A stretch of 64,000 nt of DNA from a virus, in the IMG/VR virus record IMGVR_UViG_3300047089_000152, positions 32,001-96,000 of that record. One strand, written 5' to 3'. Position 1 is the first letter of the stretch, and every line of letters starts with the position of its first letter. The notes under the pieces were generated by a model. It had not been told where the DNA came from, made no database searches, and saw only the letters and a list, made by a program, of their open reading frames with translations. The position numbers were made by a program, and so were the translations under genes. This document shows, one piece after another, positions 40,028 through 49,735 of this stretch.

Positions 40028-40193
40028 TCCCCGTCAGTGTCCTTCCACCAGTGGTTATTCTCGCATTCATAGTAAGGCTGCTCGGTATTGTCGTCCTGGC
40101 TCGTCGCTGTCGGGGGAAGACCGCACGACGGGCACACAGACACGACGCTAGTCCTTCGGCTTCTTAGGCTTAGGCTTCTTCTTCAAGATCTGC

Positions 40194-40418
40194 TTACCCA
40201 CGCTGCCCCTCCTGCGCCTCGGCTATGGTGTACCTCACGTAGGACTCGTCCAAGCCCACGTCAATACCAGCCTGGGCGACCTTCGCCACCTCAGCCGGTG
40301 GCAGCCCAGACTCAGCCGCGGTCGAAGCAGCCCAGAAAAACCCCTTATGCCGCTCCCCCACGGGCAGCCCCGCCACGAACGCGGCGAGACCATCCGCGTT
40401 ACGCGCCGGCGTCGTCAT
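40194..40418 (-). CDS. hypothetical protein (primase C-terminal-like fragment)
   Basis: GERH..FFWAA...E...A...GL. Confidence 0.45.
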   Translation of the reverse strand: MTTPARNADGLAAFVAGLPVGERHKGFFWAASTAAESGLPPAEVAKVAQAGIDVGLDESYVRYTIAEAQEGQRG

Positions 40419-41019
40419 CCGGTACCAGACCCCAGGCCAGGCAGCCGATCACGTCGGTGACCCCGAACTCATCCGCGACACCCGTGATCTCAAACCCCGG
40501 GTGTCCCGTGCTACCCGACCGGCCATAGTCGTGGAACGCTATCCACCCGCCCGGCTTCACCAGCATCAAAGCCAGCCCCAGATCGCGGGTCACGGACTCC
40601 GCGGAATGGTGACCGTCCAGGAAAGCACCGTCGACCCGGACGCCGTTAGCGGCCAGCTTCGGGACCTCTTCCTCGAACCGGCCCCGGATCGCGACAACCC
40701 TGTCGTCAACCTTGTAACCGATCAGGTTCGCGATGAAACCGTCCCACGTTTCGTACGGCCCGGCATGGTCATCGCCCATGTGCCAGTCGACGGAGTAGAC
40801 CTTCTCAGCGACGCTGGCCATAACGATCGTGGAGTAGCCGTAAAACGAACCCAGCTCCAGGACCGTGCACCCCGCGGCGAGGCGGGCCAGCTCCGCAGCC
40901 TCCGTGATAGTGACCGCGGACTGGAGGCCCCCGGCGGGGAAGATCGGGGTCCGGTCAGATTCCCCACGTGCTGCGGCCCGCCACCGTCCAGTACGAGATA
41001 CCCGGTTCGGCGTGCTCAT
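40399..41019 (-). CDS. class I methyltransferase (Methyltransf_24-like); start uncertain
   Basis: VLELGSFYGYST...FLDGHH...D...LVKPGG.IAFHDY. Confidence 0.75.
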   Translation of the reverse strand: MSTPNRVSRTGRWRAAARGESDRTPIFPAGGLQSAVTITEAAELARLAAGCTVLELGSFYGYSTIVMASVAEKVYSVDWHMGDDHAGPYETWDGFIANLIGYKVDDRVVAIRGRFEEEVPKLAANGVRVDGAFLDGHHSAESVTRDLGLALMLVKPGGWIAFHDYGRSGSTGHPGFEITGVADEFGVTDVIGCLAWGLVPDDDAGA

Positions 41020-41626
41020 GGTACCAGCGTAGCTCCTCATCCAAGTCGGAGTAATCCTCGTACCAGGCGACGTGATCCGCGACGTACGGGTGCCCCGTGC
41101 GGATCGCGGACAGCGTGATGTCGAATCCTTCTTGCAACGGCCGGTACATCGCCAGGGTCGTGTCGACCGGGGCCTTGTACACACCGTCATCCAGGGGGGT
41201 GTCCCAGAATTGCTGTTCCCACTTCAGCACGTGGTCCTTGCGCTGGTACGTATCAGGGATGCGGTCCAGTCGCAATCCCATCCCAGCTTTGCCGTACTCC
41301 GGGTAGGCGTCCAGCAGCCGGTACAGCCTGTCGGGCCAGTCCAGCGGGCAGTCATCAGACGGGATCACGTCACAGTCGGTGACCACGTACAGGTCGTCGC
41401 TGCACAACTGGCGGAACGGCTCCCAGCCCCACAGGCTCCTCGGGTGGCCGCCACCGTGGAGCAGTATCTCCACCCCCGCAGCGTTCATCGCTTTCAGCCA
41501 GTCCCCCGCGAGGGGCCAGCTGGATCCCATGTCGATGATGACAGGTTTCAGTCCGGCTTCGGTCATCGCGGTCAGGCACAGGTGGGCGTATGTCACACGG
41601 TCCCGGCAGATAATGAAGGCGCGCAT
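40955..41626 (-). CDS. glycosyltransferase family 2-like
   Basis: IIDMGS, VVTDCD, APVDTTLA. Confidence 0.75.
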   Translation of the reverse strand: MRAFIICRDRVTYAHLCLTAMTEAGLKPVIIDMGSSWPLAGDWLKAMNAAGVEILLHGGGHPRSLWGWEPFRQLCSDDLYVVTDCDVIPSDDCPLDWPDRLYRLLDAYPEYGKAGMGLRLDRIPDTYQRKDHVLKWEQQFWDTPLDDGVYKAPVDTTLAMYRPLQEGFDITLSAIRTGHPYVADHVAWYEDYSDLDEELRWYHEHAEPGISYWTVAGRSTWGI

Positions 41627-42251
41627 ACCGGCATTGTAAGCGGAACACGGACGGATAGACATCGCTGGTTTCCGCGTCGACGTTCGCGTACTTCACTCCA
41701 GCGTCAAGCCACTTCTCCACCAGGTTCCAGTCTTCAATCCAGCTTGGCGGTCCCCACGTCCCGTATTCCAGCGTCGACCTGCGGTGCATGATCATCGGTG
41801 AACCAAGATTCCCGCAGGCCAGCGGGCCCCAGCCGAGCACGGTCTGATGGGCGTGGTGGGATACCATCCTGGATACCGCGAATCCCGCTTCCGGGTCCGC
41901 TTCCAACGCGGCGACCAGCAGCGAGCAGTGTTCCGGGCGCAAAGCGTCGTCATCGTCGCAGTAGGTGATGTACTCGCCTGCTGCGGCTTCGACCCCGTGG
42001 ACCCGCGCCCAGTGGCCGTAGTTTTCTTGTTCGTTGGTGACGTGGTAGTCCATCTGGTAGTACGCAAGGTTCCGCCACCCGGCCAGCCACGGCTTGCGGA
42101 GCTGCCCGCCGAGTATCTCGTCGGGCCCGTCGGAGACCACGATGTGTTCCACAGCCGGGTATGTCTGGGCTTGCACAGCGGGGACGCACCGGCCGAGGAG
42201 CAGTTCATGCCTGCGCCACGTCGGGGTGATCACTGAGACCAGAGGGATCAT
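41370..42251 (-). CDS. glycosyltransferase family 2
   Basis: VSVITPT..R...QTY..EHIVVSDG...YCDDDD; 3' end overlaps the next gene by ~250 nt. Confidence 0.8.
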   Translation of the reverse strand: MIPLVSVITPTWRRHELLLGRCVPAVQAQTYPAVEHIVVSDGPDEILGGQLRKPWLAGWRNLAYYQMDYHVTNEQENYGHWARVHGVEAAAGEYITYCDDDDALRPEHCSLLVAALEADPEAGFAVSRMVSHHAHQTVLGWGPLACGNLGSPMIMHRRSTLEYGTWGPPSWIEDWNLVEKWLDAGVKYANVDAETSDVYPSVFRLQCRYARLHYLPGPCDIRPPVPDRDDRSRTETCHHRHGIQLAPRGGLAESDERCGGGDTAPRWRPPEEPVGLGAVPPVVQRRPVRGHRL

Positions 42252-42910
42252 GCCAGGGATGCTAGCAGCCGTGGCAGGTCTGCGGGCCACTGATTGTTCA
42301 GGAACTGGGAGTAGGCGATCTCATCCCGTGAGTACGCTTCGATGCAGTTGGCCTTCTCGTATCCCAGGTCCCATGCGCCTTTACCGGCGGAGGGGTGCAT
42401 GTGTTCCATGATCACCCCGGGGCAGTATGCGAGGTGGGTTGCCTGCCCGAGGACCTTCCAGAAACAATCCTGGTACAGGTGCTCAACATTAGGCGGGACC
42501 ATGTAACCCAGTCCGAGGATCAGGTTGGATGTCATGACGCACGCGGTCGGGACTTTCGCGGACTGGAACAGGTCATCCCCGTACGACACGCCCGGCCACC
42601 CGCCCAGCGCCGCGGTCAGGATCACATCCCACTTAGGTGTCCTGGGACGGTGGTCGTCGCCGAGGAAACCGATGAACTCGTACTTCGGGGCGTATTCCAC
42701 GGCGAGCACGTTGATGATCCGGCCCAGGCCGCGGGGTTCGGAAAGAACCCGCACGTCACCTGCTTCAAGATAGCCGGGTAGTTCCGGGTCGTCGTCGTCG
42801 ACAGCGACCAGCAGCTCAGCGTCGACGGTCACATCCCCCCACGTTTCGCGGAGCTGCTTGATGTTACCGGGCCGGCCCCGGGAAGGGCACAGCATCAAGG
42901 TGCTAGCCAC
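42248..42910 (-). CDS. glycosyltransferase family 2-like
   Basis: PSRGRP...VDDDD...FLGDDH. Confidence 0.75.
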   Translation of the reverse strand: MASTLMLCPSRGRPGNIKQLRETWGDVTVDAELLVAVDDDDPELPGYLEAGDVRVLSEPRGLGRIINVLAVEYAPKYEFIGFLGDDHRPRTPKWDVILTAALGGWPGVSYGDDLFQSAKVPTACVMTSNLILGLGYMVPPNVEHLYQDCFWKVLGQATHLAYCPGVIMEHMHPSAGKGAWDLGYEKANCIEAYSRDEIAYSQFLNNQWPADLPRLLASLA

Positions 42911-44246
42911 GGATACCCTCGGGGACGCGGATTGTACCCAGCCCGTAGAACGGCCGTCCTTCAGCGGGTGCGGGGCGTTCCGTCTGCCGTTCCCACGCAA
43001 GTCCCGTCTCGGCGCAGTAGTCGTCCAGCGCCGCGGCTACAGGGAAGTCGGGGCCGCCCGCTACCTGCGCGACCCACGGGGCACCCATCACGTAGTCGCC
43101 CTTGGACAGCTCCGGGTCGTGACACAGGATCGTGCCGCCCGGTTTGACGCGGGGCGCGTACCGTCGCAGCTCAGCCATCGTATGGTCGTAGGTGTGGGAC
43201 GTGTCGATGAAAAGCACGTCCAGCACGCCGGGGATGAAATCGGCTGCTTCTTCGCTCATGTCGTCGCCCGGCAAGAACGACCATAGCTCAGTGTCAGCCC
43301 ACCAGGGCGGCACCATCACCGGGCCGATGTCCATGCTGTACACGTGCCCGCCGGTGGCGCTAGCACCGGCTAGGAGAGCGGAGGTTGACTGTCCCGTCCG
43401 GGTTCCCAGCTCCGCTACGACCGGCTTGTCATACTGGCGGACCGCTTCGCGGATCAGGGGCATCTGCTCTACGATGTCGGACCATTCGACCATACGAGCC
43501 TGGTATTCCGCTTCGAGTTCTTTATGCCACTTCAGGGCCATGGTGTCCTCTCGACGCCACCCGGTGTACGGCTCCCGGTGAAAAGCCTGGTCGTTCAGGT
43601 TCATGCTGGCGCGCCACCCGCCGCCACCTTCAACGTAAGTCTGGTCGGGCGGGAACCCGTTGATGTCCGGGCGGTCCTGGTGCACGTAAATACCGGGGTA
43701 GACCAGGACTCGCGCTTCCCGCCCCGCATACTCGAACCAGGTATCCAACGCTGGCAGCGGTGTCAGCCTCCCGACCGCACCCAGCGCGTCGGCGTGGACG
43801 GCAGGGAAACACGTCAGCCCCGGGTAGTTCCCGTCCAGGTAGGCGATGCTCCCCGGGGGCTGGGCGCGGAGCAGGTCATCCCACCCTTGCGTCTGCATGG
43901 TCGCGTCGTCGGACCACGTCGGGAGAAACCATTCCCCGGTCGCGCGTTCACACAGAGCCGCCCAGTAATGCGCCGACCTCGCATACCCGTACCGTTCGGG
44001 CGACTCCCAGACAAGGTCGGCTTTCAGCTGGAACGCAGCCGCCGCGGTCGGGAGGTCGTCGGGGTCGCGGGCAACCAGGATTTCCAGCAGGTCCGGTCGT
44101 TTCGCTGCTTCCCGCAGCGACAGTATCGAAGCGGTCAGCCTGTCCGGGCGGCCCCGGGACGGTACCGTCACCGAGATCACCCCCGGCCGCCGCCGCGCCG
44201 GGGGGCACAGCCGCAGCGGGATCATCGGCTCGTCAGTCACGGACAA
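42903..44246 (-). CDS. glycosyltransferase-methyltransferase fusion
   Basis: N-terminal PSRGRP..WSDD; C-terminal ELGTRTG.ST..FIDTSHTY..KPGG.ILCHD. Confidence 0.8.
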   Translation of the reverse strand: MSVTDEPMIPLRLCPPARRRPGVISVTVPSRGRPDRLTASILSLREAAKRPDLLEILVARDPDDLPTAAAAFQLKADLVWESPERYGYARSAHYWAALCERATGEWFLPTWSDDATMQTQGWDDLLRAQPPGSIAYLDGNYPGLTCFPAVHADALGAVGRLTPLPALDTWFEYAGREARVLVYPGIYVHQDRPDINGFPPDQTYVEGGGGWRASMNLNDQAFHREPYTGWRREDTMALKWHKELEAEYQARMVEWSDIVEQMPLIREAVRQYDKPVVAELGTRTGQSTSALLAGASATGGHVYSMDIGPVMVPPWWADTELWSFLPGDDMSEEAADFIPGVLDVLFIDTSHTYDHTMAELRRYAPRVKPGGTILCHDPELSKGDYVMGAPWVAQVAGGPDFPVAAALDDYCAETGLAWERQTERPAPAEGRPFYGLGTIRVPEGIRG

Positions 44247-45387
44247 TCCTCGGTTCGGGTAGCGGCACGATGAACGTGCCCGTGTACCCGCGTTTACGCA
44301 GCACCGGTATCAGGCCGCCCGCGATGTCCCACGCCAGGATCAGCGCGTGGGGTGGCTGATCGGTGAACAGCCGTTCCTCATCCACGATCGGCACGTCCGT
44401 GCCGGGGATGACAGCCCCGATCTTCTCACTACCGGCAATCTCACACGCGCACGTCAGGTACCTGGCTATGTTCGCGTAGTTGATTAGCGGGGTGGCGCGG
44501 GTCGGGGCGGTGACGGCGTAGACCGGGCCGTCTTCCGCGGCCCGCTCCAGTATTTTGTTCAACGCCAAAGCCAAATAGCCTGCGCGTTCTTCAAGGTCTG
44601 CTTTTTCCCACCGGGCAACCACGCGGAACGAACCACCGTGCATCCCGATCCGGTTCCAGGACACCACCAGCAGCCCATGCTGTGCCAGCAGCCACGACAG
44701 GGAAGCCGGCGAGAAATACCGCAGGTGCTCATGGTAGATCGTGTCGATCTGAAGGTCCTGGACGACGTTGTGCCAGTCCTGGTTGTCGATGATCAGCGTC
44801 CCGTCAGGGGCGAGTAGTTCTTCCACCCCGTCCAGGAAATCGTGCGGGTCACCGACGTGCCCGAACACGTTCGACGCGGTGATCACCTTCGCGACCCCGT
44901 GCTCCTCGGCTATCTCCGCGGCCAGCCTGTCAGTGAAATATGCCTGGACCACTTTGATTGACGTGTCGTCGCACCGTTTCGCCTGGTCCGTCGGTTCGAT
45001 TAGCATCAGCCGCGGTTCGGGGTCGATCTTACGCAACGCCCGTAGCATCGTCCCGTCGTTACCGCCGATGTCGATGACAAGATCACCCGGCATCACCAGA
45101 TCCGAAACCGCGCGGGCCTGTTCAGCGAAATGGTCCCGCAGCGCCCCCGTGTTCCCCGTGATGTACGGGTAGTCGGCGGGGAAACGTTCTTTCTCCAGCA
45201 CGATGTAGTCCAGCTGGACCAGGGTGCACCGCCCGCAGCGGACCAGCCGCAGCGGGTACCGGCGGGACGTGTCCTTGCCGGGCATCGCCTGTGGTAGCGG
45301 CTGCTCCCCCATGTCCAGGACCGGGCCCAGGTAAGGGCTGCCACACGACCCGCACTCGGTGACCGGTCCCTCATGCACGGTCCGCAC
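44233..45387 (-). CDS. NDP-sugar C-methyltransferase
   Basis: CxxC..LDMGEQP..YPL.L..CxxC.LVQL; DIGGNDG; DTIYHEH.RYFS; HGGS. Confidence 0.85.
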   Translation of the reverse strand: MRTVHEGPVTECGSCGSPYLGPVLDMGEQPLPQAMPGKDTSRRYPLRLVRCGRCTLVQLDYIVLEKERFPADYPYITGNTGALRDHFAEQARAVSDLVMPGDLVIDIGGNDGTMLRALRKIDPEPRLMLIEPTDQAKRCDDTSIKVVQAYFTDRLAAEIAEEHGVAKVITASNVFGHVGDPHDFLDGVEELLAPDGTLIIDNQDWHNVVQDLQIDTIYHEHLRYFSPASLSWLLAQHGLLVVSWNRIGMHGGSFRVVARWEKADLEERAGYLALALNKILERAAEDGPVYAVTAPTRATPLINYANIARYLTCACEIAGSEKIGAVIPGTDVPIVDEERLFTDQPPHALILAWDIAGGLIPVLRKRGYTGTFIVPLPEPRIVRD

Positions 45388-45506
45388 CCCGCAAATCTGC
45401 CAGCATCTCCGCGATCTCGCGCCGCTCCACGCCGGTATCTGTTGCGTAACTCAGCTGCGACAGAGCCAGCCTGGCTATCGTAACCTGTCGACAATCCCAG
45501 ATCAGG

Positions 45507-46469
45507 TTAACCATCGGGGTGCTCCCGGTACCAGTCAGACGTCAATGCCAGCCCAGCTTCAAAGCTGACCTGGGGTCCGTCGTAGCCCAGTGCCATGATC
45601 TTCCCGATGTCCGGTAGCCGCCGCGAAGGACTGCCCTGCGGGAGGATACCAGTCTCGATTTTGATCCGCCGGAAATACCGTTGCGCCACGGCGTAGGCCA
45701 CATCCGCGACAGTCCGCTCATCCATCGTGCCCAGGTGGTAGATCTCCGCGCCACGCGGCGACTTGTCCAGCAGCGTCACGAACTGTTCCACGCAGTCACT
45801 GATGTAGCAGAACGACCGGGTTTCCTCACCGCTACCCTGGATCAGGAACGGGACCGGGTCCAGGGTGGAATTCGCCAGGCCGTTCATGCGCTGGCAGAAC
45901 TCCGGTATCACATGCCGGGTGCCCATGTCCGGCCCGTAAATGTTGTGGGGCCGGACGATGATCAGCCGGTCCAGGATCCCGGTCCGCTGCCACGCCAGCG
46001 CGGCCAGCTCGGAAGCGATCTTCCCGCCCCCGTAGGAGTAGCGGGGGTTCAGCGGGTCAGGGACTACCAGCGGCACGGTCTCCGGGGTCGGCCACACCGG
46101 GGGTGTCTCGTACGCCTCGGAAGAGGAGACCAGCAGAAGTTCCCGGCAGCCCGTCACCCGGCACGCTTCCAGGACGTTCACGATGCCGCGCAACGCCACG
46201 TCCAGAACCTGCCGGGGTTCAGAATAGAAAGTCTGGGTGCCTTGCAGATACGCCAGGTGCAGGACCCGTTCACAGCCGTGCATCGCCCGGGTCACCACGT
46301 CAGGGTCGCGGACATCACCGTTGACGATCTCGCAGGCTACCCCCGCCAGGCGGTCCGGCCGGCCGCGGCTCATGTCATCCAGCACCACAACGTCGTGGCC
46401 GTCACCGGCAAGCCGCCGGGTCAAAGCCGAGCCGATGAAACCGGCACCGCCGGTAATCAGGTATCTCAT
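45507..46469 (-). CDS. NAD-dependent sugar epimerase/dehydratase
   Basis: TGGAGFIGS, SSSEAY, YGGGK, NIYGP. Confidence 0.9.
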   Translation of the reverse strand: MRYLITGGAGFIGSALTRRLAGDGHDVVVLDDMSRGRPDRLAGVACEIVNGDVRDPDVVTRAMHGCERVLHLAYLQGTQTFYSEPRQVLDVALRGIVNVLEACRVTGCRELLLVSSSEAYETPPVWPTPETVPLVVPDPLNPRYSYGGGKIASELAALAWQRTGILDRLIIVRPHNIYGPDMGTRHVIPEFCQRMNGLANSTLDPVPFLIQGSGEETRSFCYISDCVEQFVTLLDKSPRGAEIYHLGTMDERTVADVAYAVAQRYFRRIKIETGILPQGSPSRRLPDIGKIMALGYDGPQVSFEAGLALTSDWYREHPDG

Positions 46470-47257
46470 CCGGTCATGCTATCCGCACGGGGACGGAACC
46501 AGCCAGCCGGGCAACGTCTTTCATGGACCCACCGGGGCCACGTATCGTCCACGTCCACCGGGATCATGCCGCCCTGATACCCGAACCGGCCGAACGGGTT
46601 CGCACCGTCATGGTAGAACCGGTCATCTTCGTACCCAGCCGCCAAGTCGGGGTTGCATTCGACATGACAGTGCGCGTCCATCTTCGCGGCGATACTATCC
46701 CGGCCGCCCAGCCACGTCAGGTGGTGACCAGCATCGGGGATCACCGGGCCGCGGCTCCACGTGTCCCGACGCACCGACGACAAAGGCCCCGTAATACCGG
46801 CAGGGCACAGCGTGGACGTGCGCAGCGGCGCACCCCACAGCCAGTCGACCGCGAACATGCAGCAAGCCATTTCCAGGACACCCGTCCTGTGTTCTCCCAC
46901 CGCGCGCATCGCCGCGTAGTTCGGTATCTCATCGACGTCAGCCAGGATCAGCCAGTCATCAGCAGACGCCCCGTCCAGCCCAGCCCGGATAGCGTCACGC
47001 TGCGCAGCCTCACGGTCCATCGGGGCGGCCCCTGCCATCCCCGGGAGGCTGTCAGCGACCACGTGGACGATGCGGTCTTTCCACGGCGCGAACCGCTCCT
47101 TATTCGCCGCGTAAACGAGAGGTTTCGGGTGTCCCTGATGGTCGACCCTGGCCTCAACCAGGACGTGCCGGTAGATAGGCCAGTCTTCCATCTGCACCAG
47201 CCGGCATTCCAGCACGTCCAGCTCGTCGCGGAACAGGAACGTGTCCCAGATTTTCAC
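46466..47257 (-). CDS. glycosyltransferase family 17-like
   Basis: KIWDTF.F.DELD.LE.RL...G.PKP...RE..QR...DVDEIP. Confidence 0.75.
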   Translation of the reverse strand: MKIWDTFLFRDELDVLECRLVQMEDWPIYRHVLVEARVDHQGHPKPLVYAANKERFAPWKDRIVHVVADSLPGMAGAAPMDREAAQRDAIRAGLDGASADDWLILADVDEIPNYAAMRAVGEHRTGVLEMACCMFAVDWLWGAPLRTSTLCPAGITGPLSSVRRDTWSRGPVIPDAGHHLTWLGGRDSIAAKMDAHCHVECNPDLAAGYEDDRFYHDGANPFGRFGYQGGMIPVDVDDTWPRWVHERRCPAGWFRPRADSMTG

Positions 47258-47501
47258 GCCGCCCATGACCTCCGGTCGTGCCGGGCTACAGCGGGACCGC
47301 GCCCACCGGGACACGCACCGCGTGCACATGACGGTCGGGTCGTACGGGTCCAGTCGCGTCCATGCGCCACACCAGAAACAGTACCCCACGGCATAAGCCC
47401 TCCACGGACAGGCTGCCGGGGTCTAGGACAGCGGTTATGTATAACCCTGACCGTCGTTAGCATCATAGCGTCCCATGTGGTACGCTTAGAGTCCGAGCCG
47501 A

Positions 47502-47610
47502 GGCAGGATGGGATTGGCATGGCGCGGCAAGGTAGGGCTCGGATCGGCAAGGAATGGATAGGAACGGCAGGAGTGGCAGGGTGCGGTCCTCTCGTATCGG
47601 GAGGACCGCA
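47502..47610 (+). ncRNA. satellite guide array S5 plus hairpin
   Basis: GGCA, 12 pentamers 47506-47565, GGCA, 2 pentamers; TGG-TACGCT -10 at 47478-47486; hairpin 47582-47610. Confidence 0.85.
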
Positions 47611-47627
47611 TCTCCATTTTCCAACCG

Positions 47628-48911
47628 TCATCCTGCCGCCATATGTGAGTCGAAGAAATTATCCTTCGGGCCGATATGGGAACGGAACTTGTACTTACGG
47701 ATCAATTCCTCGCGGATTCCCACGAGGTCTTCTGAACTGAGTTCCGCCGTGCGGACCACGGAATCGGTACCCATGTTCTTTTGCCCGTAGGCGCCAAGTC
47801 CTTCTCCAGTAAATATCAGGTCGGTAGCTATTCCCTCGTCCATTTCCCGCCTGAATTCTGTGCCGCGATAAGGATAATAGATAGCAATCTGCGCATCATC
47901 TATCCCTGACGTGCAGATGAACCGTTCAGTCTCCGCGATCGTAGCGCGTGTCTCGCCGGGTAGCCCGATCATCACGAATGCTTTCACGGTGATGCCCGCA
48001 TCCTTGCAGTACCGGACACAATCGTAATTCTGCGTGGCGGTTGTCTTCTTATCCATCCGGTCTAGCATCTGCTGCGACCCGGATTCCGCACCAAACGCCA
48101 CCTCGACACACCCCGCATCGGCTAGCGCCGCGGCGAACTCCGCGGTCATGAATTTCGCGTGCACATTGCAGCGAAATCTTAGCCCGGAGCGCTTGAGTAG
48201 GTCCAGGTACGGCTGGCACTTCCCCAAATTAATTGCAAAAAGATCATCATACAAATACACGCCCTCATACCCGAGCGTCACGATGTCGTCCAGTTCGGCC
48301 TCGGCGTTGCCCAGCGAAGTCCACCTGGTCAGCGTCCGCGCGTCTTCACAGAACTTGCACGCCATCGGACAGCCCCGGCCGAGCATCATCGTGGTCGAGT
48401 TCAGCCCGGCCAGGGTGTACGAGTAGTTTTTCAGGAACCCAGGCTCACCCAGCCGGTCCGGGCGGGGCATCGCCGCTAGTTCCTGCCGGGGGATCTGGTC
48501 GTTGCTCATGACAGGAACCGTTTTGTTCTGCACGATGCCTGGCAGTGCCCGCTCCCCGTCGCCTGCCACCAGGTAGTCCCACAGCCCGGCCTGGTCGTCT
48601 GCGTTCATCTCCCGGCCGTAATGCCGGACGTGCGGGCCGCCTGCCACCAGAACTTTGGACGGCCAGCGGCTCCTGATCGCGCGGGCTATCCGGTTAGCCT
48701 CGGCGCGCTGCGGTGTCATCACCGAGACGCCTACTATGTCAGCGTCCGCGAACTGGTCCAGATCCTCGACGTCGTATTCGTCTACGACGCTGATCTTAGT
48801 ACCGGGGGCCTGCGCGGCCACCGCGGATTTCAGGTACAGCAGGCCGAGGGGCGGGTAGATACGGTCGTCGTCCAGGAACGGGGACCGGCAGGAAACCAGG
48901 GACAGTTTCAT
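47628..48911 (-). CDS. B12-binding radical SAM enzyme
   Basis: PPLGLLYL..GGPH; RGCPMACKFC; GAESGSQ; IGLPGET. Confidence 0.9.
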   Translation of the reverse strand: MKLSLVSCRSPFLDDDRIYPPLGLLYLKSAVAAQAPGTKISVVDEYDVEDLDQFADADIVGVSVMTPQRAEANRIARAIRSRWPSKVLVAGGPHVRHYGREMNADDQAGLWDYLVAGDGERALPGIVQNKTVPVMSNDQIPRQELAAMPRPDRLGEPGFLKNYSYTLAGLNSTTMMLGRGCPMACKFCEDARTLTRWTSLGNAEAELDDIVTLGYEGVYLYDDLFAINLGKCQPYLDLLKRSGLRFRCNVHAKFMTAEFAAALADAGCVEVAFGAESGSQQMLDRMDKKTTATQNYDCVRYCKDAGITVKAFVMIGLPGETRATIAETERFICTSGIDDAQIAIYYPYRGTEFRREMDEGIATDLIFTGEGLGAYGQKNMGTDSVVRTAELSSEDLVGIREELIRKYKFRSHIGPKDNFFDSHMAAG

Positions 48912-48923
48912 GCACGCAGACTA

Positions 48924-49103
48924 CTATGTCTGCTTCCACACGCCAGGGCCGGACTCGAAATCGGACGTGGCGTGACCTGACATGTCACACGGGCCACCCT
49001 CGATCGCGTCGTCCCATCCTGCCACGGAACCCTCCGCGGTAGCGTCGTAAGGCTGGCCGGGCACGTTAGGCGGTGACGTGATCGGGTCCGGTGCTTTAGC
49101 CAT
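48924..49103 (-). CDS. small acidic protein
   Basis: MAKAPDPITSP...WKQT. Confidence 0.5.
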   Translation of the reverse strand: MAKAPDPITSPPNVPGQPYDATAEGSVAGWDDAIEGGPCDMSGHATSDFESGPGVWKQT

Positions 49104-49107
49104 AGTT

Positions 49108-49380
49108 TCAGACTCCCTTCCATCGGGAAGCGTCAGAGGTTCCGTCTGGCGCCCACCCGGCGCCTGTCGGCTGGCCGCTGTCCATGTTAGCGGCCCCGCC
49201 GTCGATTGTTTTACGCCACCGGTCCCACGTGTAATTACTTCCCGGTGTCGCGTCGTAGGCATGTTCAGGTTCGGACTGCTCGGCGGGGTCCTGCTGACCT
49301 TCCGCCGTAGGGTCGTAGCCTTCCTCATCCTGGTACGGCTGAATGTTCGTGTCAACAACCGGGAACTGGACGTACGGCAT
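49108..49380 (-). CDS. small acidic protein
   Basis: ORF in late operon. Confidence 0.5.
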   Translation of the reverse strand: MPYVQFPVVDTNIQPYQDEEGYDPTAEGQQDPAEQSEPEHAYDATPGSNYTWDRWRKTIDGGAANMDSGQPTGAGWAPDGTSDASRWKGV

Positions 49381-49386
49381 GGCGTA

Positions 49387-49713
49387 TCACTTCTCCCGTA
49401 CAACTTCAGGTACGGTCGTGGGTTTCCACGAAGGGGCACCCGGGGGTGTCCAGTTCTCACCCTTGGCTTGCGGTTTGCCGTCCTCACCGGGCTGGACTGA
49501 CTGCTGCGTCTCCACTACCGGGGCTTTCGACACGACCGGGGCACCCACGTTCCAGCCCAGGTCACCCGACGCGCCACCCGGGGCGGTCATCGCGTTGTTC
49601 TCGAAGATCTGATCCCCGGCATGCTGAGACGTGGGCACCAGCACCGACACCGGGTCTGGTTTCAGCGCCCCTGACAGGTCAGCGTAGCTGCCCTTGTTCA
49701 CCCAGTCAGCCAT
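49387..49713 (-). CDS. hypothetical protein
   Basis: GGAGG RBS. Confidence 0.55.
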   Translation of the reverse strand: MADWVNKGSYADLSGALKPDPVSVLVPTSQHAGDQIFENNAMTAPGGASGDLGWNVGAPVVSKAPVVETQQSVQPGEDGKPQAKGENWTPPGAPSWKPTTVPEVVREK

Positions 49714-49735
49714 ACGGCCCTCCTGTGGTCCCTTT

